A stretch of 64,000 nucleotides of DNA from Thermoplasmatota archaeon (GTDB lineage Archaea; Thermoplasmatota; E2; JACPAO01; JAHFTW01), in NCBI GenBank assembly GCA_041601615.1, contig JBFIHX010000001.1, forward strand, positions 224,001-288,000, written 5' to 3'. Shown here one piece after another: positions 50,763-59,726 of the stretch. How positions within the stretch are numbered: position 1 is the stretch's first letter; every line of letters begins with the position of its first letter. The notes beneath the pieces were generated by a model. That model did no database searches, was not told the origin of the DNA, and saw nothing but the letters and a program-made list of their open reading frames with translations. The position numbers and the translations under genes are program-made.

Positions 50763-51761
50763 ATGCGCACAAGTCCCGCACCGCTTCTTGCCATCCTCAT
50801 GTTGGCCCTAGCAACCACCGCCTCACCCACCATCACATCCGCCGGCACTGCTGCAGTATCCGAACCGGACGCGAGCCTCCTTCCAAGATTCGTGGATGGC
50901 CCGACACTCGTCTCCAGTGCCGCCACATGGACCTGCGATGAAATTGCAGTGGACCCCCTCGGCGACGCTTCCTTCGACAACAATTGCCCCCTCGGTGGCA
51001 GCATCCGACCCGGCGTAAAGGGCAACGGCTGCACGCTCTCCTGGATCGTCACAGACGGCACCGACTACTGGATTACCACCGCCGGCCACTGCGGCGGCGT
51101 GGGCACCAGCTTCAGCGTCCCAGGTGTTGGCACCATCGGCAGTGTAGTGTTCCGCGAATTCAGCGGCACCGTCGACACCCCCCGCGACTGGGCATTCATC
51201 AAAATCGACGCCAGCAAACACAGCTTCATCGACCCCACGATGGTGCATTACGGCGGCCCCTTCAGCGCCCTCCCCGACCTTGGCGACGGTCCCGTCCGGA
51301 TTCCCCTTCCTGGTGACGGCGTGTTGCACTACGGCCACGGCTACGGACTGGGCCAGGAAGACGCCACCAAGGGCCGCGCTGGCATCAACGCCGCCACCAC
51401 GCCCACCTCATTCATCTACCCAGGCACCGTCGGAGGAGGCGATTCAGGCAGCCCTGTGCGCCTTGCAACAGGAGAAGCAGCCGGCATCGCGGTGATGGGC
51501 GGCGTGATCCAGACCGGCGACAACCGCAACTACGTTCCAGACCACTGCGCCGAGATCGAACTCATCGTCCCCGGCGCCTGCGCACCCTACTGGGACACCT
51601 GCGACCGATTGGACGGCGCTTGCGACGGCATCTGGCGCCCCAATGGATTGTACGGTATTGTCATCGCCACCCGGCTCGATGTGGCGCTTGACGCCTTCGA
51701 ATCATGGCTTGGCAGCGATGTTTGGGTCCTAGAAGGCAACCTCATGGGCGTCACAGTATAA
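50763..51761 (+). CDS. Secreted trypsin-like (S1) serine peptidase
   Basis: Signal peptide; CT...TAGHC, DWAFI and GDSGSP; Cys-rich insert. Confidence 0.85.
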   Translation: MRTSPAPLLAILMLALATTASPTITSAGTAAVSEPDASLLPRFVDGPTLVSSAATWTCDEIAVDPLGDASFDNNCPLGGSIRPGVKGNGCTLSWIVTDGTDYWITTAGHCGGVGTSFSVPGVGTIGSVVFREFSGTVDTPRDWAFIKIDASKHSFIDPTMVHYGGPFSALPDLGDGPVRIPLPGDGVLHYGHGYGLGQEDATKGRAGINAATTPTSFIYPGTVGGGDSGSPVRLATGEAAGIAVMGGVIQTGDNRNYVPDHCAEIELIVPGACAPYWDTCDRLDGACDGIWRPNGLYGIVIATRLDVALDAFESWLGSDVWVLEGNLMGVTV

Positions 51762-52115
51762 CCCCCACCCAACCCCAATCCAGCCGCCGATCCGTACCAA
51801 TTCGAAGCCATATTCCAGCCAATCCGGCGCCCTGGGGTAGTCGATTCAAGAATTGTACGGAGACCCTAATAAACCCGAAGAACCAGAACAAGAATCGGAC
51901 TCCGGACAGACCCCAATTGTCGCATCAGAACGGGAACACCCTGGTGCGTCAAGCGGGACTCTCGTCCGCGCTTCCTGGCCGGGGGCGCTCGCGCGTGCCC
52001 CAAAAACACAACCGTGCCCCCCGGCCCCACTTGCTTGGCGGCTGACCAAGCCCCCCCCAATTTGGACATTGCCCGACCCCAAAGGCTCAAACCCCTGGGG
52101 CACGCATGGAGAATC

Positions 52116-52475
52116 GTGAGCGACGGCAGCATCACCATTGAGCAGAAGCTGACCATGACGGTAACGGACCTGGCGCGCGAGAAGCTTGGCGCGTTTTTGG
52201 GCGAGCGCCCCATCGACGCCATTGGCGTGCGCATCAGTGTTCAGCCCGGCGGTTGCTCGGGTGCTTCGTACGGCATGGAATTCCAGGAGCACAAAGCAGA
52301 CCACGAGATGGAACTGGTGGCCAACGGCGTGCGACTATGGGTCGACCCGAACCACTTGGCACTCCTGAACGGACTCACCATCGATTTCGTCGATGAACTG
52401 ATGGGCGGCGGATTCAAGATTCACAACCCCAACGCCAAGAGTTCCTGTGCGTGCGGCAAGTCTTTCAGCGCTTGA
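52116..52475 (+). CDS. A-type Fe-S carrier (HesB/IscA/SufA/ErpA family)
   Basis: GGCSGASY and GFKIHNPNAKSSCACGKSF. Confidence 0.92.
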   Translation: MSDGSITIEQKLTMTVTDLAREKLGAFLGERPIDAIGVRISVQPGGCSGASYGMEFQEHKADHEMELVANGVRLWVDPNHLALLNGLTIDFVDELMGGGFKIHNPNAKSSCACGKSFSA

Positions 52476-52576
52476 ATTCACCGCGATTGAACCACAGTGA
52501 ACCATTCCTTTTTCTTTTGTTAGGAATGTTTTTAAACAGATTTTGATTGAATGCACCTTCCAAGTGGTGCGCCCCT

Positions 52577-53920
52577 ATGTCCTTCCAACAAAACTTTATC
52601 TTGATATTGGGATCATTATTTGCAATTTCTGGCATTGTTATGTTTTTTTACTTCCGCGTCAAGGGGCACGGCGAGGAACGAAACCACGTAAAATTCGTCA
52701 AGATCGAACTCGACCTTTCCGCCCCCTCCTTGATCGTCTTCGTAATCGGCGCCATCATGATGATTCTGGCCGGGACGGGATTCGGCGAAACCAACCCCAC
52801 CTCCCCTGGCTCATCAGCCTCCCTGGATGTTCTTCACAAATACGTAGCGCAAGAGCCACCAAACAGCGGATCCACCACAACCCGCTACACCCAATACGAG
52901 AGCATCACCACACGAAACGGCTTGCTATCCATGGAAGTGCCCGTCCGCTGGAAGGAGATCGAGGAGGCCCCATGGACCGAGCAACGGGCCCGAGTCGGCA
53001 GTTCACTCACCGCAAGCCGCGACATGGAACAGTTCAAGTCCACATGGGAAGAACCCGGTGTCGCCTTTGCAGTCAGCGTCGACTTTGCAAGCAAACACAC
53101 GCCCCAAACACTCCTGGACACCCTGCCCATGTCCACCGAATATGACTACGCGCAGGCATGCACCTACCTGGACCGCGAGCCCTACCACGACTCACGCTAC
53201 CAAGGCCACTTCGACATCTGGAACGAATGCGCAGACACTTCGACCATCGTCGTCACACTGGCCGCCGCCCCCGCAGACCATTCATTCCTGGCTTTCCTAT
53301 TCATCCAATTGACCTCGGACGCAGAATTGACCGTGCTGGACCACATCCTAGCATCCTTCGTCGTTTCCGAGCAAAACCTACCCGAGCCCAACAGCGGCTG
53401 GGAGGCAAGCACAGACCAAGGCAACGACGCCAAGTACACCGGCTACCAGGAGATTTACACCTCGAACGGATTCCTCTCCATGGAAATCCCCATCGAATGG
53501 AGCGACGCGCGTGAAGCCACTTGGAGCGAAGGGGCACTCGAAGGAGAAGCATTGCTAGCCTCGCCTGATTTGGACAAGTTCTGGGACTCCTGGCTCGTTC
53601 CTGGCGTAGCGTTTGGCGCCTCCTACGACATGACGCACGGCCACACCCCCCTCAGCCTCCTCGATGCGCGCCCCTTCAATGACGAATTCTTCTACGCTGA
53701 ATCCTGCACCTACCTCGAACGCACATCCTACGACGACGAATGGTATTCGGGCGCATACGACATGTGGGGCTCCTGCGGAGGCCACAACAGAGTCGCCATG
53801 AGCATGGTCGTAGCACCCCAGAACGGCGAATATCTTGTCGCCATCTACATGACCATGTCCACGCAACGAGAAATCGACGCCATGGTGCAAGTGCTAGAGA
53901 CATTCATGGTCAACGCTTGA
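52577..53920 (+). CDS. Membrane-anchored protein with two tandem extracellular repeat domains
   Basis: Two N-terminal TMs; duplicated YTxY..I.T.NG.LSME.P..W...PGVAF...CTYL.R..Y.D..Y.G..D.W..C unit. Confidence 0.75.
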   Translation: MSFQQNFILILGSLFAISGIVMFFYFRVKGHGEERNHVKFVKIELDLSAPSLIVFVIGAIMMILAGTGFGETNPTSPGSSASLDVLHKYVAQEPPNSGSTTTRYTQYESITTRNGLLSMEVPVRWKEIEEAPWTEQRARVGSSLTASRDMEQFKSTWEEPGVAFAVSVDFASKHTPQTLLDTLPMSTEYDYAQACTYLDREPYHDSRYQGHFDIWNECADTSTIVVTLAAAPADHSFLAFLFIQLTSDAELTVLDHILASFVVSEQNLPEPNSGWEASTDQGNDAKYTGYQEIYTSNGFLSMEIPIEWSDAREATWSEGALEGEALLASPDLDKFWDSWLVPGVAFGASYDMTHGHTPLSLLDARPFNDEFFYAESCTYLERTSYDDEWYSGAYDMWGSCGGHNRVAMSMVVAPQNGEYLVAIYMTMSTQREIDAMVQVLETFMVNA

Positions 53921-54045
53921 TTTCTGGCCCGAAGCCGTGGTGTACAAGAAGGCGCAGGCCCCGCTGTTGCATCCTGTCCTCGCGGGCGTCCATTTCCTTT
54001 GCATTCTCAGGGACGTTAAAATAGAGACAGAACAAACAGTGAGGC

Positions 54046-54492
54046 ATGGATCTGCGCATCCTAATGGTGGCAGAGAGGCGCCAGGCAGATCGCGTCGGGC
54101 AGTTGCTTGGCCAGGGGCTTGCCAATTGGGTTGGAAAAGGTGCCCCCCTTCATGCCGATTTTGTCCTTGCCACGGATGTGCGAGAAGCGTGCGTGCAGTT
54201 TCAGGCAGTTCCCTTTGATGTGGTGTTGATGGGACTTGATGCAGCAGGCGAGCGCAGCCCGGGCGCTTTGGATCGGTTGCATGAGGTGGAACCGGATGTC
54301 CCCGTGATTGTATTCGGCTCGCACACGAGCAAAAAAGTCGCAGAATCATGGCGGCGCGCCGGGGCAGTCGATTGTGTGTCCTGCCAGCCCGCAAACGTAG
54401 CTCGTGTGGTGGAGCGCATGGTGGAAGCGACCTGGGAAGCGTGGACGCGCAACGGAGATGTTGCGGAAGCGGTTCATGAGCACCATCTTTAA
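54046..54492 (+). CDS. Atypical CheY-like receiver domain protein
   Basis: LRILMV...FDVVLMG...PDVPVIVF...AGAVD receiver pattern. Confidence 0.6.
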   Translation: MDLRILMVAERRQADRVGQLLGQGLANWVGKGAPLHADFVLATDVREACVQFQAVPFDVVLMGLDAAGERSPGALDRLHEVEPDVPVIVFGSHTSKKVAESWRRAGAVDCVSCQPANVARVVERMVEATWEAWTRNGDVAEAVHEHHL

Positions 54493-54555
54493 GTTCAGGA
54501 CGCCCTAGACACCATTGGGCTGTGAGAACCACAGTACCACACACTGGTGACGTTC

Positions 54556-55365
54556 ATGGAGCTCAAGCACATCAAGGGCATCGGCCCCTCCAAGCAAGCA
54601 AAGCTGGCCGCCGCCGGCATCGAAAGCGTAGAGGCCCTCGCCCGCGCCGACCCCGAGGAAGTGGCCACCAAATCCGGCCTCCCCCTCGAATCCGTCAAGG
54701 ACTACAAACAGAAGGCCGTCGCCCTGACCCTGATGGAAGACATCAAAGGCATCGGACCCCAAACCGTCGTCACCCTCGCCCAAGCCGGCATCACGAGCCT
54801 CAAGGACCTCTACGACGCCAGCGCCGAGCGCGTCGCCGCCGAAGCCCGCGTCGCCCGTGAAAAGGCACTCGAATGGCAAGCCGAAGCCAAGAAACTCGCC
54901 GAGCACGTACGCGACGAAGCCAAAACCCCCGAAGGCCGCCGCAAGCTCCTGAAGGAGTCCGCCGACGCCAGCAAGGCCGCCGCCCGCAAGACCCAGGACA
55001 CCCTCGTCTCCCTCTACGGCATGGCCCGCGACGAAGGCGAAGCCGCCATCCAAAAGGCGCACGACCTACGCGAACGTGCCCCCCAGCAACTGCACGACCT
55101 GCGCCAAAAAGCCGAGAAGGCCCTCAAGGACGCCGAGAACATGGTAAAGGACCTTCAAACACGGGCACGAGACCTGCAAGACAAGGCCGCCATGCAAGAA
55201 TGGCGCTCCAAAGCCGAAATCGCAGTCGCCGACGCCAACCGCATCGTCAAGGAACTCAAGGACAAGACCGAGCACTTCGTCAAAACCGAAGCAGAGAAGG
55301 TCAAAAGCGCCAACAAAGGACTGTTCGTGCGCATCAAGAGCAAGTTCCAACGCAAGGCCGCCTAA
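54556..55365 (+). CDS. Helix-hairpin-helix domain protein with coiled-coil C-terminus
   Basis: Two IKGIGP...L..AGI.S...L HhH units followed by K/E/A-rich helices. Confidence 0.8.
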   Translation: MELKHIKGIGPSKQAKLAAAGIESVEALARADPEEVATKSGLPLESVKDYKQKAVALTLMEDIKGIGPQTVVTLAQAGITSLKDLYDASAERVAAEARVAREKALEWQAEAKKLAEHVRDEAKTPEGRRKLLKESADASKAAARKTQDTLVSLYGMARDEGEAAIQKAHDLRERAPQQLHDLRQKAEKALKDAENMVKDLQTRARDLQDKAAMQEWRSKAEIAVADANRIVKELKDKTEHFVKTEAEKVKSANKGLFVRIKSKFQRKAA

Positions 55366-55532
55366 ACCCCGCCATTCGCATCACAACTCTCCTGCGGCGA
55401 AAGCCCACCTCATCCCCCTCCCACTTTGATCCGTTTCACACCCCGCCGCAAGCCCGACCGCGGCTCCGAATCGGCCCCGCTGCGACCGCGGCTCCTTAGC
55501 GGCCTTTTTTCATGCGGCACCATTGCGCCCGC

Positions 55533-56558
55533 ATGGACGTCCAAGACAGCATCCTCGACCTAGTGGGCAACACCCCTATGGTCTGGCTTGACAAACTCCG
55601 ACCCGAAGGAGGCGCTCGCATCGCCGCCAAGCTCGAGATGTTCAACCCCGGCTTCAGCGTCAAAGACCGCATCGGACTCGCACTCATCCGCGCCGGCGAA
55701 GCCCAAGGCCTCCTGAAACCGGGCGGCACCATCGTCGAACCCACCAGTGGCAACACCGGCCTCGGCCTCGCCATGGCCGCCAACTTGCTTGGCTACCGCA
55801 TGGTCTGCACCCTGCCCGACAAAGTGCCCAAAGAGAAGCAAAACCTCCTGAAAGCCTACGGTGCCGAAGTGATCGAATGCCCCACGAACGTGGAGGCCGA
55901 CGACCCGCGCAGCTACTACAAGCAAGCCGAGCGTCTGCGTGACGAAGAAGGTGCATACCTGCCCTACCAATACTACAACCAAGCCAACCCCGAAGCGCAC
56001 ATCGCGACCACGGGCCCGGAAATCTGGAAGCAAACGGACGGCAAAATCACGCACTTTGTCGCAGGTGTTGGCACCGGCGGCACCATCAGCGGCACCGGCA
56101 AATTCCTCAAGAGCCAGAACCCGAACGTACAGATCATCGGCGTCGACACCGTCGGCAGCGTCTACGCGCACCTGAAGAAAACCGGCTCCATGCCCGCCGC
56201 CGAAGACATCCACCAATACCTCATCGACGGCATCGGCGAAGACTTCCTCCCCAAATCCGTCTGGATGGACGTTATCGACGACGTGCTCACCGTCTCGGAC
56301 GAAGACGCATTCATGATGCAAGCGCGCATGGCCCGCGAACTCTGCATCTTCAGCGGCAGCAGCGCCGGAGCCGCCGTCGTGGGCGCCATCCGCATCGCCG
56401 CCACCCTCCCCGAAGACGCCATCGTCGTCACCCTCCTGCCCGACGCCGGAGAACGATACCTCAGCAAATTCAACGACAAATGGCTGCGCGAACACGACAT
56501 GCCCCTTGTTGCCGACTACCTGCAAGGAAAATCCGCCGCACCCCCGGTGACCGCATGA
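55533..56558 (+). CDS. Cystathionine beta-synthase / cysteine synthase family
   Basis: VGNTPM, NPGFSVKDR, EPTSGNTG, GVGTGGTISG, YLIDGIGEDF and PDAGERYLSK; translationally coupled to the lyase. Confidence 0.88.
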   Translation: MDVQDSILDLVGNTPMVWLDKLRPEGGARIAAKLEMFNPGFSVKDRIGLALIRAGEAQGLLKPGGTIVEPTSGNTGLGLAMAANLLGYRMVCTLPDKVPKEKQNLLKAYGAEVIECPTNVEADDPRSYYKQAERLRDEEGAYLPYQYYNQANPEAHIATTGPEIWKQTDGKITHFVAGVGTGGTISGTGKFLKSQNPNVQIIGVDTVGSVYAHLKKTGSMPAAEDIHQYLIDGIGEDFLPKSVWMDVIDDVLTVSDEDAFMMQARMARELCIFSGSSAGAAVVGAIRIAATLPEDAIVVTLLPDAGERYLSKFNDKWLREHDMPLVADYLQGKSAAPPVTA

Positions 56559-57706
56559 GCCACATCGAACAAAACGACAGCTTCGCCACGCGCTGTGTGC
56601 ACGCCGGCACCACGCCCGACCCACAATACGGCGCAGTCAACCCCGGCATCCAACTCAGCACCACCTTCGTCCAACCCGACGTAGCCAAACCCCTGAAGTT
56701 CGACTACAGCCGCGCCGGTAACCCCACCCGCGAAGCCCTCGAACAAGCCATCGCAGAACTCGAAGGTGGCAAAACCGGCCACGCCTTCTCCAGCGGCCTC
56801 GCCGCCATGGACGCCTGCCTGCGCTTGCTCAGCGTCGGCGACCACGTGGTCTGCGCCGAAGACGCCTACGGCGGCAGCATCCGACTCCTTCGACAAGTAG
56901 CCAGCAACGGCGGCATCGAAACTACGTTTGTCGACACCCGCGACACGGCAGCCGTTGAAGCCGCCATGCAACCCAACACCAAACTCGTCCTGCTGGAAAC
57001 CCCCACCAATCCACTGCTGCGGGTCAGCGACATCGAAGCCGTGGCAAAGGTCGCGCACGCCGGCGGCGCCCTCCTGGTCGTCGACAGCACCTTCATGAGC
57101 CCCGCGCTGCAAAACCCGCTCCAGCTCGGCGCAGACATCGTCTTCCACAGCGCCACCAAATACATCGGCGGCCACAGCGACGTGCTCGCCGGCCTTCTAG
57201 CCACCAACGACGAAGCACTCGGCGAACGCCTGAAGTTCCTCCAACTCGCCGTCGGCGCCGTCCTCTCCCCCTTCGACAGCTACCTCCTGCTGCGCGGCAT
57301 CCGCACCCTGCACCTGCGCATGGAGCGACACAGCCACAACGCCGCCATTCTCGCCGAGCGACTCGTGGAAAAACTGGGCGCCGAGAACGTCTACTACCCC
57401 GGCCTCCCCAGCCATCCAGGGCACGAAATCCACGCCCGCCAAGCCAAAACCGGCGGCGGTATGCTCAGTTTCCGCCTCCCCGACGCAGAGGCGGCACGCG
57501 CCCTCGTTCGAAATACAAGGATTTTCCAACTTGCAGAGAGCCTAGGTGCCGTGGAAAGCTTGATCCAAGTACCCGCGGCCATGACCCACGCGAGTGTACC
57601 CCGCGCCATGCGCGAAAAGACCGGCCTCACCGACGGCCTCATACGCATCAGCGTCGGCATCGAGGAGGTGGAAGACCAATGGAACGACCTGGCGCAAGCC
57701 TTCTGA
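56555..57706 (+). CDS. Cystathionine gamma-lyase/gamma-synthase
   Basis: YSRAGNPTR, FSSGLAA, ETPTNP, HSATKYIGGHSD, AESLG and IRISVGIE. Confidence 0.92.
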   Translation: MSHIEQNDSFATRCVHAGTTPDPQYGAVNPGIQLSTTFVQPDVAKPLKFDYSRAGNPTREALEQAIAELEGGKTGHAFSSGLAAMDACLRLLSVGDHVVCAEDAYGGSIRLLRQVASNGGIETTFVDTRDTAAVEAAMQPNTKLVLLETPTNPLLRVSDIEAVAKVAHAGGALLVVDSTFMSPALQNPLQLGADIVFHSATKYIGGHSDVLAGLLATNDEALGERLKFLQLAVGAVLSPFDSYLLLRGIRTLHLRMERHSHNAAILAERLVEKLGAENVYYPGLPSHPGHEIHARQAKTGGGMLSFRLPDAEAARALVRNTRIFQLAESLGAVESLIQVPAAMTHASVPRAMREKTGLTDGLIRISVGIEEVEDQWNDLAQAF

Positions 57707-58473
57707 AACCCACCCTCACCCTGTTCTGCCTCGTCCTGTTGGCAGCACCCACCGCACACGCAGTCGTGCTCGCAGACGACCCTGACGCTCTCGGAGACGT
57801 CACCAGCCAAGCCGGCGTGCCTGCCAACGAACCCACCATCGACATGGTGAACATAGTGGCCGAAACCGACGGAGACGAACTGGTCCTGCGCAACGAAGTC
57901 GCCGCACCCCTTCCCGTCCCCGAAACAAGCGAGGTCAACATGTCCCGCTTGTACACTTTCCTCTTCGTCGTCGACTTCGACGCCAACAGCGAAGTGCCCC
58001 TGGTGCAAAGCGCCGACGCCGTCTTCGTCTGCACCTTCCACCACGGATTCGACGACCTTGCATGCCAACAAAGCCTCGGAGAACGCATCCTGCGCGGCTA
58101 CGGCATCAACGACCGAAACGCCACCCTCCGGCTCGCCCTTGAAGGCAACGACACCACACAACTCATGCGCGTCGGTGGCGCCGCCACACTCACGGACGAG
58201 TCGGCAGGAAAGTTGCTTGCCCAAGACTGGACCCCCACCACCATCCAAGCCCAAGACCTGGACAACAGCGGAGACCCCTTCGGATCGGGGAGCGGCACGG
58301 CGACACCATGGTACAAGACCACACGCGGCGCAATCCTCCTCGTCTCCGTGGCAGGCTACCTCAGCTACATCGCCTACGGACGCTGGAAAAAGGACGCGCC
58401 GGCCGGCAAAGATAGCAGCAAGGACGTCGCAGCCGCGGCTCCAGCACCCGAGCCATCGAGCGAAGAAGAGTAA
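57679..58473 (+). CDS. Hypothetical secreted protein with C-terminal TM anchor
   Basis: Signal peptide, D..GD motif, and C-terminal TM with basic tail. Confidence 0.65.
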   Translation: MERPGASLLKPTLTLFCLVLLAAPTAHAVVLADDPDALGDVTSQAGVPANEPTIDMVNIVAETDGDELVLRNEVAAPLPVPETSEVNMSRLYTFLFVVDFDANSEVPLVQSADAVFVCTFHHGFDDLACQQSLGERILRGYGINDRNATLRLALEGNDTTQLMRVGGAATLTDESAGKLLAQDWTPTTIQAQDLDNSGDPFGSGSGTATPWYKTTRGAILLVSVAGYLSYIAYGRWKKDAPAGKDSSKDVAAAAPAPEPSSEEE

Positions 58474-58501
58474 ACGCCCGCGGGGAGCGCGCCCCGCGTG
58501 A

Positions 58502-59662
58502 TTACCCGCGAGCCTGCAACGGCAAGCTGCTTTGCCAAGCAGCCCCGGCAAGATCCACGCGACGCACGGGCACACGTCCGTCGGGCCCACGCAGATCTTC
58601 AAAGCGAAGCACGCGGGTTGTGCCACCGGCCACAGAAATGAGCCCGTTGCCCTCGCCCTCGGCTAGGAACCGCACCGCCTCGCTGCCCAGCATCCGCGTA
58701 TACTGGACATCGAAGGCCACAGGGTCAGCGCAGCGCAACTCATAGCCAATGATCTTGGTGACGAATCCCACTTTTTGCCCGGCTGCCGCCAGGCGCGGCG
58801 CCAAGTCATCACGCACGGCTCGACCCAGGTCAATCTCCGACATGCGCGGATTGCCGTGCTCGTCTAGCTCCAGGCTCGCAATGCGGCGAAGATCGCCTTC
58901 GGTCAAGCGCTCCAAGAGGCCTTCCGCCAACACCACGAGGCCCCAGTCTTGGCCCTCGGATCGGCGCTGGGCGATGGCTGCTGAAACGAGGTCCACGATG
59001 CGAGAAAGAGGAATCGGCTTGTCTTCGCCAAACTCTTCGCGAATGATGCAAAGGTCTGCGCCGCTGCCCATCGCCATGCCAAGACTGAGGTGCCCCGCAG
59101 ATCGGCCCATGGCCGTGACAAGGTACCAGCGATTCGTGGTTTCGGCGTCCACACGCAGGTATGTGCACAACTTGGCGCCAAGGTCCTTGGCTGTTTCAAA
59201 TCCGAACGTGGGAGCTTCGTCCGGCAGCGGCAAGTCGTTGTCGATGGTCTTGGGAACATGCGCCACGCGAAGCGTCAAACCCTCTCTTGCAAGTGCCCCC
59301 GCGACGGCCGCTGCACTCGTCGCCGTGTCGTCGCCGCCCACCGTCACCAAGCCATCCAAACCGAGCGCCTTCACAGCATCCACGACGGTCTGCATCGATT
59401 CCGGGGACTTCTTGGGATTGGCGCGATTTGTAAACAAAATGCCGCCGCCACGGGTCTCAATGCCCGCCACGTCGTTCGCGGTCAGTTCGCGGCAGGCACT
59501 GATATCGCCGGCCATGAGGCGACTGTAGCCATACGGAATCCCCACGACAGTCCAACCACGAGCAAGTGCTGCGAGGGTTACGCTGTTGATGACGCCGTTG
59601 AACCCAGGTGCTGGGCCGCCGCCACAGAGGATGCCGATCTTCACAATGCGCGGACCTCGCAT
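58502..59662 (-). CDS. pfp: Phosphofructokinase (PfkA superfamily), PPi-dependent signature
   Basis: GGGPAPGFN, GGDDT, PKTIDND, MGR and GYELRC. Confidence 0.85.
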   Translation of the reverse strand: MRGPRIVKIGILCGGGPAPGFNGVINSVTLAALARGWTVVGIPYGYSRLMAGDISACRELTANDVAGIETRGGGILFTNRANPKKSPESMQTVVDAVKALGLDGLVTVGGDDTATSAAAVAGALAREGLTLRVAHVPKTIDNDLPLPDEAPTFGFETAKDLGAKLCTYLRVDAETTNRWYLVTAMGRSAGHLSLGMAMGSGADLCIIREEFGEDKPIPLSRIVDLVSAAIAQRRSEGQDWGLVVLAEGLLERLTEGDLRRIASLELDEHGNPRMSEIDLGRAVRDDLAPRLAAAGQKVGFVTKIIGYELRCADPVAFDVQYTRMLGSEAVRFLAEGEGNGLISVAGGTTRVLRFEDLRGPDGRVPVRRVDLAGAAWQSSLPLQARG

Positions 59663-59726
59663 TGCGTCAAGAGTGCTGCGGCTGCCGATGCCGCCGATTC
59701 GTACGGTTTCCCCGCTGTGCGGCGTG

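Noticed and set aside
55330-55420. Gene-end echo after the HhH gene (47-bp offset)
   Set aside because: Hand count gives 26/44 identity in C-rich sequence, too weak to claim without statistics.
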